Assembly (NCBI RefSeq): GCF_000247605.1
Contig: NC_016894.1
Location: 1,515,732 to 1,539,731, forward strand
Direction: 5' to 3'
From: Acetobacterium woodii DSM 1030
Lineage (GTDB): Bacteria > Bacillota > Clostridia > Eubacteriales > Eubacteriaceae
DNA length: 24,000 bases
The notes under the pieces were generated by a model. It was not told where the DNA came from, ran no database searches, and saw only the letters and a list, made by a program, of their open reading frames with translations. Every line of letters starts with the position of its first letter. Within the stretch, counting starts at the first letter, position 1. Positions 7,644-15,923 of this stretch are shown here, piece after piece. A program made the translations under genes and the position numbers.

Positions 7644-9392
7644 TTGGAAAAGAAATCATTGGAAGACTTAACCGTTGTTGAATTACGCAAACAGGCGGAG
7701 CGTCTTGGCATCGAAAAAACCAGTCGACTTAAAAAAATTGAATTGATCGAGGCGATTGAAGAAAAACTTGAAAACGCGAAAGATCAAGGCGCACAAAAGC
7801 CGAATGACAAAAAGGAAAACGACGGATTGATAATTGAAAAAGAAACAACCGCAAAAAAACTGGACAAAAAAACGAGCAGTGAAAAAGGATCAAATGAAAA
7901 ACAGCCGCTGCCGACAAATCAACGGACCGTAAATGGGACAAACGGGAACAATACACGGTCACCGTATTATAAAATAAAAGACTCGATGGATAATGTCGTA
8001 GTGGTGGAAGGAAATCTGGAGATTTTACCGGAAGGATTTGGTTTTGTAAAAAACAAAGAGATGAAGACGAATGAAGAATTTGTTTACATCTCAGGGTCGC
8101 AAATACAAAAATTCAAACTCGAAACGGGCGATTTATTAAGCGGCAAGGTACGGCCACCAAAAACAGGCGAAAAATATTCGGCGATGTTATTTTTAGAAAA
8201 AGTTAACGGCACCAAAACGGCGGATATTATCCAAAAGATCAACAGCATGCTTTACGTTGATGAAAAAAAAGATCTGGAACGATTTAAAACCGCTCAGGAG
8301 GGAATTTTAGATGTCAATCCCGATGGCTTTGGTTTTTTAAGAACGAACCATTATCTGTCAGGGGATCATGATATTTATGTGGCCGCAAATCAGATTCGGC
8401 GCTTTAATCTTCGTACCGGCGACAAAATTGTTGGTAAAATTAAAATGTCCAGCGAAAATGAAAAATTTGATGCCTTATTGTATGTCGAAAAGGTCAATGG
8501 CGATATTCCAGAAAAAATTGCCAACCGTCCCCGCTTCGAACAACTGACGCCGATTTTTCCCGAAGAACGGATTGATCTGGAAACGACTCAGGACATAGTG
8601 TCAACCCGAATGATTGATCTGTTTTCACCAATGGGAAAAGGTCAGCGAGGTCTTATCGTAGCACCGCCTAAAGCCGGGAAGACCATTTTGCTCAAAGAAA
8701 TTGCCAACGGGATTACCACTAATCATCCGGAGATTGAATTAATCATTTTGTTGGTTGATGAACGACCGGAAGAAGTTACCGACATGAAACGCTCGATTGA
8801 TGCGGATATTGTCTATTCAACCTTTGATCAGCCCCCGGAAAATCACATTAAAGTGGCCGAAATTGTGTTGGAGCGTGGGAAACGATTGGTTGAGCAAGGT
8901 AAAGATGTCGTTATTCTGGTCGATAGTCTGACGCGTTTGACCCGTGGCAATAATCTGGTCGTGTCACCTTCAGGTCGAACTTTATCTGGAGGACTCGATC
9001 CGGAAGCCTTGTTTTTCCCCAAAAAATTCTTTGGTTCGGCACGAAACGTCGAAGAAGGCGGAAGTTTGACAATTCTGGCGACCGCCCTGGTCGATACCGG
9101 CAGCCGGATGGATGATATCATTTTTGAAGAATTCAAAGGCACCGGGAATATGGAACTACATCTGGAACGGGAATTAGCTGAACGACGAATTTTTCCGGCC
9201 ATTAATCTGAACCGCTCAGGAACTCGTCGTGAGGAAAAATTATTAACGACAGAAGAACTACGCGTCAGTTTTGATATTCGAAAACGCTACAAGGGAACAA
9301 CGGTTTATGATCTGACGGACAAGATTATTTCTATTTTGGAACGGACTAAAGACAATGAAGCTTTCATGAAAAAATTTATTGATAAAATTTAA
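7644..9392 (+). CDS. rho: Transcription termination factor Rho, long form with an N-terminal insertion
   Basis: TTG start with GGAGG 7 nt upstream. Rho_N-like helix region is at aa 8-42. There are two OB/CSD-like modules (aa 122-189 and 219-286). The ATPase core has PPKAGKT (Walker A) and VILVDSLTRL (Walker B). Confidence 0.95.
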   Translation: MEKKSLEDLTVVELRKQAERLGIEKTSRLKKIELIEAIEEKLENAKDQGAQKPNDKKENDGLIIEKETTAKKLDKKTSSEKGSNEKQPLPTNQRTVNGTNGNNTRSPYYKIKDSMDNVVVVEGNLEILPEGFGFVKNKEMKTNEEFVYISGSQIQKFKLETGDLLSGKVRPPKTGEKYSAMLFLEKVNGTKTADIIQKINSMLYVDEKKDLERFKTAQEGILDVNPDGFGFLRTNHYLSGDHDIYVAANQIRRFNLRTGDKIVGKIKMSSENEKFDALLYVEKVNGDIPEKIANRPRFEQLTPIFPEERIDLETTQDIVSTRMIDLFSPMGKGQRGLIVAPPKAGKTILLKEIANGITTNHPEIELIILLVDERPEEVTDMKRSIDADIVYSTFDQPPENHIKVAEIVLERGKRLVEQGKDVVILVDSLTRLTRGNNLVVSPSGRTLSGGLDPEALFFPKKFFGSARNVEEGGSLTILATALVDTGSRMDDIIFEEFKGTGNMELHLERELAERRIFPAINLNRSGTRREEKLLTTEELRVSFDIRKRYKGTTVYDLTDKIISILERTKDNEAFMKKFIDKI

Positions 9393-9404
9393 CATATAAA
9401 ATAT

Positions 9405-9433
9405 TTGATCTTTTAAGGAAAGTTTGATATAAT
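9405..9433 (+). promoter_or_regulatory. Putative sigma-A promoter of rpmE
   Basis: TTGATC (9405-9410), a 17-nt spacer, then TGaTATAAT (9425-9433). Confidence 0.6.
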
Positions 9434-9491
9434 GTCTCGGTTGATAAAATAACGATAAACAATTAAATAAATAAGAAACGAGGTGGATTCG

Positions 9492-9707
9492 ATGAAAGAA
9501 GGCATTCATCCAAATTACGGCAAATCAATAGTTAAATGTGCTTGCGGAAATTCATTTGAAACTGGTTCTATTAAACCAGAATTAAAAGTGGAAATCTGTT
9601 CTGCATGTCACCCATTTTTCACAGGGAAACAAAAACTTGTTGATGCTGGTGGACGTGTTGATCGATTTAATAAAAAATACGGTATTAAAAACGAGTCAGC
9701 AGAATAA
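9492..9707 (+). CDS. rpmE: 50S ribosomal protein L31, zinc-binding type A
   Basis: [10 protein letters not shown]-terminus with CAC...CSAC cysteine pairs. The ATG at 9492 has AGGTGG 5-6 nt upstream. The track's GTG at 9483 lies inside the RBS. Confidence 0.95.
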   Translation: MKEGIHPNYGKSIVKCACGNSFETGSIKPELKVEICSACHPFFTGKQKLVDAGGRVDRFNKKYGIKNESAE

Positions 9708-9714
9708 CAATAAG

Positions 9715-9744
9715 AAAAAGTCGGTTCTTGTAACCGGCTTTTTT
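9715..9744 (+). terminator. Intrinsic terminator after rpmE
   Basis: aaaaagtcggtt / aaccggcttttt arms with loop cttgt and T6 at 9739-9744. Confidence 0.8.
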
Positions 9745-9795
9745 CTTGTTCAAAGGCATCATGGTTGTTTTGACGAGTTGAGACGAGGTAAATAG

Positions 9796-10680
9796 ATGAC
9801 CATCAGAGAGATTTTAGATTATGGCCGGAAATTACTTTCCCAGGCCCAAATTGAATATCCCGGTTTAGAAGCCGAAATTCTTTTAAGTGGGATTTTAAAT
9901 AAGGACCGGGTTTATTTTTACACGCATCACCAAGAATTGTTGGACGCGATTAGTGAAGAGCACTATCGTCAGGCCATCAAGCGGCGGAGTCAACTTGAGC
10001 CGGTCGCTTATATTCTGGGGAAAAAAGAATTTATGGGGTTGGACTTTTTAGTCAATCGGCAGGTGCTGATTCCCCGGCCGGATACAGAACCAATGGTGGA
10101 ATATCTGATTGAATATTTACAGGCCAATTTTCCGGACGGTGCGAAAATTCTTGATTTATGTACCGGCAGCGGAGCGATTGGGATTTCAATTAAGCACTTT
10201 TATCAAAAAGGTCAAGTGGCGCTTAGTGACCTTTCGGAAGCGGCCTTAACCGTGGCCCGGGAAAATGCCAATCGTTTGGTAAATGGCGATCTTTCGCTTT
10301 ATCAAGGGGATTTATTGGCGGCGCTTCCGCAAGGTGAAACTTTTACGGTGATTGTTTCAAATCCGCCTTATATCAGGCAGTCCGAGATGAAACAGTTAGC
10401 ACCGGATATCATCGCTTATGAACCCCATCTGGCGCTTGATGGCGGCGAATCCGGTTTGGATTTTTATCGCCGCATTATTCGTGAGGCACCATTGTTTTTA
10501 AAAAAAAACGGTTTGCTGGCATTAGAAGTAGGGGATGAGCAAGCCGATGCGGTTGCCGCTCTTTTAGACCGGCAAGGTTATCATGAAATTAAAAAAATAA
10601 TGGATTTGGGCGGACATGTGCGGTGTTTAACCGGAAAATTTACAAAGACAAAGCCAATGGATAATAATAAATTGGGATGA
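9796..10680 (+). CDS. prmC: Release factor glutamine N5-methyltransferase PrmC (HemK)
   Basis: SAM-binding LDLCTGSGAIG, catalytic NPPY (VSNPPYI), RBS GAGGT upstream. Confidence 0.93.
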   Translation: MTIREILDYGRKLLSQAQIEYPGLEAEILLSGILNKDRVYFYTHHQELLDAISEEHYRQAIKRRSQLEPVAYILGKKEFMGLDFLVNRQVLIPRPDTEPMVEYLIEYLQANFPDGAKILDLCTGSGAIGISIKHFYQKGQVALSDLSEAALTVARENANRLVNGDLSLYQGDLLAALPQGETFTVIVSNPPYIRQSEMKQLAPDIIAYEPHLALDGGESGLDFYRRIIREAPLFLKKNGLLALEVGDEQADAVAALLDRQGYHEIKKIMDLGGHVRCLTGKFTKTKPMDNNKLG

Positions 10681-10705
10681 CGTCTCTAAAAAATTGTGAT
10701 AGAAT
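10677..10705 (+). promoter_or_regulatory. Putative promoter of the efp operon
   Basis: aTGACg (10677-10682), a 17-nt spacer, then TGaTAGAAT (10697-10705). Confidence 0.4.
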
Positions 10706-10756
10706 AACAAGATAAGATGAAAAGAAAAAATTAACATAAGCATAGCGGAGGTAAAC

Positions 10757-11314
10757 ATGGTTTCAGCAGGAGATTTTAAAAAAGGGGTAACGTTTGAAAT
10801 GGATGGTAACACATTTACGATCATCGAATTTCAACACGTAAAACCGGGTAAAGGGGCGGCGTTTGTTCGAACTAAAATTCGAAATGTAATTACTGGGGCA
10901 GTGGTTGAAAAATCATTCAACCCAACCGAGCGATATCCGAAAGCACAAGTGGAAACACGAGAAATGCAATATTTATATGAAGATGGTGGTTTATACTACT
11001 TCATGGATCAGGAAACCTATGAACAAATTCCTTTGAATTTGAATCAGGTTGAAGAAGCGTTAAAATACCTGAAGGAAAATGATATTGCAACAGTAAAATC
11101 TCTTAAAGGGACAGCATTCTCTGTTGCAGCTCCGAATTTTGTGGAGTTGGAAATTGTCAAAACCGATCCCGGTTTCAAGGGCGACACCGCAACAGGGGCC
11201 AATAAACCGGCTACCGTTGAAACCGGTGCGATTATTACCGTTCCTCTTTTTGTTGAACAAGGTGATGTGATTCGAATTGATACCCGTACGGGCGATTACA
11301 TGGAAAGGGTATAA
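10757..11314 (+). CDS. efp: Elongation factor P
   Basis: [16 protein letters not shown] loop carrying the modified Lys. 185 aa. RBS GGAGG upstream. Confidence 0.97.
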   Translation: MVSAGDFKKGVTFEMDGNTFTIIEFQHVKPGKGAAFVRTKIRNVITGAVVEKSFNPTERYPKAQVETREMQYLYEDGGLYYFMDQETYEQIPLNLNQVEEALKYLKENDIATVKSLKGTAFSVAAPNFVELEIVKTDPGFKGDTATGANKPATVETGAIITVPLFVEQGDVIRIDTRTGDYMERV

Positions 11315-11316
11315 AA

Positions 11317-11748
11317 ATGAAATACATTAATGAAAAAGTGGCCTATACCAAAGGTTTAGTGGATGGTTTAGAATTAGACCAGGCATCTAATGAAGGTAAG
11401 GTTCTGGTTCAGGTGTTGGATATTCTTGAAGATATCGTTGATGCTTTGGATGGGATTACCGAAGCGCAGGAAGAACTGGAAGAATTTGTGGAAATGGTCG
11501 ATGATGATTTATCAGAACTGGAAGAATTTATTTTAGATGAAGATTTCGCTGATGATGAAGAATTTGAGTTTGATGATGAAGATTATTATGAAATCATTTG
11601 TCCCGAATGCGGAAATGTTTATATTACCGAATTTGATTCGTTTGAAAATAATTCAGTCGTTTGCCCGGAATGTGGAGCACCATTTATCCTAAATGAAGAA
11701 ATTTCGTGTTGTGGCGAAGATGGCTGTGATTGTCATCAGGAAATTTAA
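11317..11748 (+). CDS. Conserved hypothetical protein with a helical N-terminal domain, a poly-acidic linker and a C-terminal zinc ribbon
   Basis: Two CPECG knuckles (C95/C98, C116/C119) plus a terminal CCGEDGCDCH cluster. Residues about 50-90 are almost entirely D/E/F. It starts 2 nt after the efp stop. Confidence 0.75.
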   Translation: MKYINEKVAYTKGLVDGLELDQASNEGKVLVQVLDILEDIVDALDGITEAQEELEEFVEMVDDDLSELEEFILDEDFADDEEFEFDDEDYYEIICPECGNVYITEFDSFENNSVVCPECGAPFILNEEISCCGEDGCDCHQEI

Positions 11749-11765
11749 AGAACTCAGGTAATAAG

Positions 11766-12110
11766 ATGAAAACAGAAATGAAAAACAATCAGTCACCGGA
11801 TATCAATGACGAAATGATCGCTTCAATTGTCAGCTTAGCAGCGACAGGTGTTAACGGTGTGGAGCGTATTTCATTGAGAATCACCGATGAAATTATGGAT
11901 AAGCTGTTGCTGGCGTCTTCAATCAAAGGAGTCAAGATTGTTAGAAACCCGGAAGGTTTAATTATCTGGGTTTATATCATCACGGAACCGGGAGTTGACA
12001 TTATCAAGGTTTCGGAAGCGGTTCAGAAAAAGGTCAAAGTTGCGGTCGAGTCAATGACCGGTTTTCAGGTGTCAATGGTTAATGTCCGAATCGAAGGTTC
12101 AGGCATCTAA
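11766..12110 (+). CDS. Asp23/Gls24-family (alkaline shock) protein
   Basis: IASIVSLAATGVNGV is the typical Asp23/DUF322 N-terminal motif. Its position before nusB resembles B. subtilis yqhY. The start is chosen at the ATG at 11766; the track's TTG at 11730 lies inside the previous gene. Confidence 0.8.
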   Translation: MKTEMKNNQSPDINDEMIASIVSLAATGVNGVERISLRITDEIMDKLLLASSIKGVKIVRNPEGLIIWVYIITEPGVDIIKVSEAVQKKVKVAVESMTGFQVSMVNVRIEGSGI

Positions 12111-12129
12111 GGGGCGTAAGCCCCTTTTT
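12111..12129 (+). terminator. Short GC hairpin terminator
   Basis: ggggc-gtaa-gcccc followed by T5. Confidence 0.5.
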
Positions 12130-12158
12130 AAAGGATAAAAGGAATACGAGGAGTTCAC

Positions 12159-12575
12159 ATGAGTCGAAAAAAGGAACGGGAGTATGCTTTAAAAGGTATA
12201 TTTCAACTAGACTTTCACCCAGAACCAGGAGATTTTACCGAAAGTATCGCATTTTTTTTAGAGGACAATGAGCTGGATCTGAAGTATGGAAAAACTTTGA
12301 TCGACAATACCGAAGCTCATCTTGCCGAAATAGATAGTATTTTAGATGATTATCTAAAAGTTACCTGGAAAATTGACCGAATTCCCAAGGTTGAAAAATC
12401 AGTTTTACGTTTGGCGATTTGCGAATTGAAATATATGGATGAAAAAGTACCGTTTGAAGTAGTCATTAATGAGGCAATAGAATTAACTAAAAAATTCGGA
12501 GACGAGGATGGAAAAAATTACGTTAATGGTATTTTAAATAAAATTGTTAAGGATGAACTCAATGAGTGCCCTTAG
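12159..12575 (+). CDS. nusB: Transcription antitermination factor NusB
   Basis: 138 aa. REYALKGIFQ N-terminus and VINEAIELTKKFGDEDGKNYVNGILNK C-terminal signature. Confidence 0.93.
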   Translation: MSRKKEREYALKGIFQLDFHPEPGDFTESIAFFLEDNELDLKYGKTLIDNTEAHLAEIDSILDDYLKVTWKIDRIPKVEKSVLRLAICELKYMDEKVPFEVVINEAIELTKKFGDEDGKNYVNGILNKIVKDELNECP

Positions 12576-13524
12576 TCTTGGCATTGATACCAGTAATTAT
12601 ACAACTTCGGTTGCCTTAGTGGACGAAAATGAAAACATGATTTATAACAAGGGCATCCTATTGGAAGTGAAGTCAGGAGAAAGAGGACTTCGTCAATCGG
12701 ATGCTCTTTTTCAGCATGTCAAACATTTACCGGTGCTGTTTGAAGAGCTGGGGCAGCAGCGGGATATAAACGTTATTTGTTACTCCGAAAAACCGCGGTC
12801 GCTAGCAGACTCCTATATGCCGGTATTTCGCGCCGGTGAGTCGCTGGCCCGTTCGTTGGCCGCTAACTTGGGTGTCCCCAAGTTAGCGGTCAGCCATCAG
12901 GAAAATCATATTCGGGCCGCCCTTTATGGCAGCGGCTCGCCACATCTCGAAACAGTTTTCTGCGCGGTTCATTTTTCCGGCGGCACCTCGGAAATTCTTC
13001 TCGTCGAAAAGCAGGAGATCGGTTATCACTGTAGAATTATCGCCCAAACCCGGGATCTTAATGCCGGACAACTGGTTGATCGCATTGGGGTTTTGATGGG
13101 TTGTGATTTCCCGGCGGGGAAAGCCCTGGAAGTGCTGGCGAACCAGGCTGATATCACGAATAACGATCAAAAACTTGTAATCTCAACATCGCTCGAAGGA
13201 TGGGATTTTCATTTTTCGGGCCAGGAAAATCAGGCTAAAAGACATTTGGAAAATGGTGCCGATCACGGTTTGGTCGCTTATCTGGTTTTAAAATCGATCG
13301 CCAAAACACTGTCTAAAAGCATTGTGGGACTCAGTAAAAAATATTCCTTTCAAGCGGTTCTTTTTTCCGGTGGGGTGATGTCAAATCAGATCATCAAAGC
13401 GATTGCTGAAAAAGAACTGAAACTATCGGGGTTGTCGCTTTATTTCTCACCCGGAGAGTATTCCCGGGATAATGCCGCGGGTAATGCTTTAATGGGAATG
13501 GATTATTACAAAAAGATGAGGTAA
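12562..13524 (+). CDS. TsaD/Kae1-like ASKHA-fold protein (divergent paralogue, function unknown)
   Basis: LGIDTSNYTTSVA (compare TsaD GIETSCDET), an HxxxH metal motif (HQENH) and GGVMSN (compare GGVAAN). The ATG at 12562 has AAGGA 8 nt upstream. It overlaps the nusB stop by 14 nt. Confidence 0.75.
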   Translation: MSALSLGIDTSNYTTSVALVDENENMIYNKGILLEVKSGERGLRQSDALFQHVKHLPVLFEELGQQRDINVICYSEKPRSLADSYMPVFRAGESLARSLAANLGVPKLAVSHQENHIRAALYGSGSPHLETVFCAVHFSGGTSEILLVEKQEIGYHCRIIAQTRDLNAGQLVDRIGVLMGCDFPAGKALEVLANQADITNNDQKLVISTSLEGWDFHFSGQENQAKRHLENGADHGLVAYLVLKSIAKTLSKSIVGLSKKYSFQAVLFSGGVMSNQIIKAIAEKELKLSGLSLYFSPGEYSRDNAAGNALMGMDYYKKMR

Positions 13525-13529
13525 AGCAG

Positions 13530-14738
13530 ATGACAAATTCAAAAATACTCAGTGTTTCCGAGGTTAATAAATATGTCAAGACGCTCCTGGAATCCAACAG
13601 TCTGCTTAGAAATTTAGCAATCCAAGGCGAATTATCCAATGTCAGACGGGCGTCTTCGGGACATCTCTATTTTTCATTAAAAGATGCGGGCAGTAAAATA
13701 GATTGCGTGATGTTTAAAAATGCTGCCGTTGGGCTTAGTTTTTTGCCAAAAGAAGGACAAAAAGTGACCATTCGCGGAAGTTTTGGGGTATATCTACCTT
13801 ACGGACAATATCAAATTACTGTCCGTTCGATGGAACCGCAGGGGGTTGGTGATCTTTTTCAGGCTTACCTGGTGTTAAAAGATAAATTGGAAAAGCAAGG
13901 TTATTTTGACCCTGACCATAAGCAAAAACTGCCCGGAATCATTAGTCGGGTGGGTCTGGTCACTTCACCCACCGGTGCGGCAATTAAAGATGTGATCTCA
14001 GTCATTAAACGGCGTAATCCATTAATCGATATGGTGATCTATCCCAGCCCGGTTCAAGGCGATGAAGCTGCCCCGGCAATCATCAAGGGAATTCGTTATT
14101 TTAATCAGGTTCAATCAGTAGATGTTATTATCATCGGCCGTGGTGGCGGTGCTATCGAGGATTTGTGGGCATTTAATGATGAACGGTTGGCAAAGGTCAT
14201 TTATGATTCACAATTGCCGATTATTTCCGCCGTTGGTCATGAAATTGATTATACCATTGCCGATTTTGTGGCGGACTTGCGGGCGCCGACGCCATCAGGT
14301 GCGGCGGAACTGGTTGCCGAGGAAACGCTTGGCATGATTGAAGCAGTGATGTTGCAAAAAAAACGCCTGATCCAACTGATCGAAACGAAAATTTTAAAAA
14401 AACGCGCGGAACTTGAGCAGATGAGGCGAAGTTTAAAGCGGTTTCGACCTCGCGAACGGCTTGACGATAAGCGCATTCAACTGGATGCGATTCAGGATCG
14501 GATGATGCTGGCCATGAAAAATCAGATTAAAAATGAACGCTTGCAATTAAAAAATGTGCAAACCCGAATTACCGCAATGGATCCTGCTAAGGTGCAAAAA
14601 AAAGGTTATGTCCGAGTGACCGACGCCGCGGGTCTTTTAGTTGATTCGATAACCGGGTTAAAGATCGATCAACTTGTCACCCTCCATTTTGTGGATGGCG
14701 AGGTGGCAGCGAACATTCAATCCATAAAGGAGAATTAA
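13530..14738 (+). CDS. xseA: Exodeoxyribonuclease VII large subunit
   Basis: N-terminal OB-fold (GELSNV...SGHLYFSLKD), catalytic region GRGGGAIEDLWAFN and a C-terminal coiled coil. Confidence 0.95.
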   Translation: MTNSKILSVSEVNKYVKTLLESNSLLRNLAIQGELSNVRRASSGHLYFSLKDAGSKIDCVMFKNAAVGLSFLPKEGQKVTIRGSFGVYLPYGQYQITVRSMEPQGVGDLFQAYLVLKDKLEKQGYFDPDHKQKLPGIISRVGLVTSPTGAAIKDVISVIKRRNPLIDMVIYPSPVQGDEAAPAIIKGIRYFNQVQSVDVIIIGRGGGAIEDLWAFNDERLAKVIYDSQLPIISAVGHEIDYTIADFVADLRAPTPSGAAELVAEETLGMIEAVMLQKKRLIQLIETKILKKRAELEQMRRSLKRFRPRERLDDKRIQLDAIQDRMMLAMKNQIKNERLQLKNVQTRITAMDPAKVQKKGYVRVTDAAGLLVDSITGLKIDQLVTLHFVDGEVAANIQSIKEN

Positions 14739-14740
14739 GA

Positions 14741-14959
14741 GTGGCAGTTAAAAAACTCAAAAGTAAAATGAGTCGTCTGGAGACCATTGCAGAACTATTG
14801 GAAGAAGATAATCAGGAAATCGAAGCCTCCATGAAGTTATTTGCCGAAGGAATGAAACTGATTAAAGAATGCAGCGCTGATTTGGATACCATCGAAGGAA
14901 AAATAACGATCATGATTGATGGCGAAGAAAGCGAATTTGAGGGGAGCGTGGAAGTGTGA
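14741..14959 (+). CDS. xseB: Exodeoxyribonuclease VII small subunit
   Basis: GTG start with AGGAG 8 nt upstream. A 72-aa helical protein immediately after xseA. An alternative ATG at 14768 lacks an RBS. Confidence 0.85.
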   Translation: MAVKKLKSKMSRLETIAELLEEDNQEIEASMKLFAEGMKLIKECSADLDTIEGKITIMIDGEESEFEGSVEV

Positions 14960-15852
14960 ATGAGTTCAAGACCCTGTTAAGTAGCAAGGTTAGCGCAATA
15001 AATAGTGATCTTGAGATGGCTTTCGAACAAAATCTGGACACCCCGGAAGTGATTATTGAAGCCATGAAATACAGTCTTTTTGCCGGCGGAAAACGCCTGA
15101 GACCGATTTTAATGATGGAAACCTGCCGGGCCCTGGAGGGTGATGTTGAGTTAATTAAACCGCTTGCCATGGGGATTGAAATGATTCATACGTATTCATT
15201 GATCCATGATGATTTACCGGCGATGGATAACGATGATCTGCGCCGGGGGAAAGCGACTAACCACAAAGTTTATGGTGATGCAATGGCGATTTTGGCCGGC
15301 GATGGCCTGTTAAACTATGCCGCTGAAACGATGTTGGCGGGAGCTCATAACTTATCCGGCGACACCTTGGTCAATTATCTTAATGCGATGAAAAGTATTA
15401 TGGGCGCCGCCGGAATTCGAGGGATGATCGGTGGGCAGGTGGCCGATATGCTCAGTGAAAATAAGATCATTGATCTTGATGAAATGAACTATATTCATTT
15501 GCACAAAACGGCGGCCCTGTTAGAAGCTTGTGTTCAGAGTGGCTGTATTATTGCCGGCGCTGAACCGGCAACTCAGGGACGGCTGATCAGTTATAGTCAT
15601 CGCATTGGTCTGGCGTTTCAGATTGTTGATGACATTTTGGATATTGAAGGCGATGAAGTGGATCTTGGCAAGCCCATTGGCAGTGACGAAAAAAATCATA
15701 AGTCAACCTTTGTGTCGCTTTATGGTTTGGAGGCTTCAAAAATTCGGGTCACTGAACTTGAAACCGAAGCCATTGAACTGCTAAAACCGATTGGCCCAAG
15801 AACCGCTTTTCTATCGCAATTGGCAACCTATATTTGCCGACGTCGGAAATAG
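14956..15852 (+). CDS. ispA: Farnesyl/geranyl diphosphate synthase (polyprenyl synthetase family)
   Basis: GTG start overlapping the xseB stop (GTGA). Two aspartate-rich motifs: IHDDLPAMDNDDLRRG and VDDILD. Confidence 0.92.
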   Translation: MNEFKTLLSSKVSAINSDLEMAFEQNLDTPEVIIEAMKYSLFAGGKRLRPILMMETCRALEGDVELIKPLAMGIEMIHTYSLIHDDLPAMDNDDLRRGKATNHKVYGDAMAILAGDGLLNYAAETMLAGAHNLSGDTLVNYLNAMKSIMGAAGIRGMIGGQVADMLSENKIIDLDEMNYIHLHKTAALLEACVQSGCIIAGAEPATQGRLISYSHRIGLAFQIVDDILDIEGDEVDLGKPIGSDEKNHKSTFVSLYGLEASKIRVTELETEAIELLKPIGPRTAFLSQLATYICRRRK

Positions 15853-15923
15853 CTAAACGCTGAGACTAAAATTTTAGAAAATAGCTTTATAAATGAAAAT
15901 GGTACCCATGAAAAGAGGAGAAA

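Noticed and set aside
7896-7979. The N/Q/T-rich stretch of Rho as a prion-like domain (as in C. botulinum Rho)
   Set aside because: The N/Q-enriched part is only about 20 residues and the rest of the insert is K/E-rich. That is too short and too charged for me to call it prion-forming from sequence alone, so I report it only as low complexity.
8843-9202. 119-aa - strand ORF inside rho, and similar antisense or out-of-frame ORFs in the track (for example 18619-18954, 19879-20193, 12883-13170, 14249-14476, 16325-16582, 2749-2952, 22163-22390)
   Set aside because: All lie wholly within well-supported conserved genes. They are R/S/P-rich or otherwise compositionally odd, as expected for shadow frames, and lack RBSs.
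9258-9509. 83-aa - strand ORF spanning the rho 3' end and the rpmE start; also 10627-10824 and 1041-1238 on the - strand
   Set aside because: They cross promoter and RBS regions of + strand genes, lack RBSs and have no recognisable motifs.
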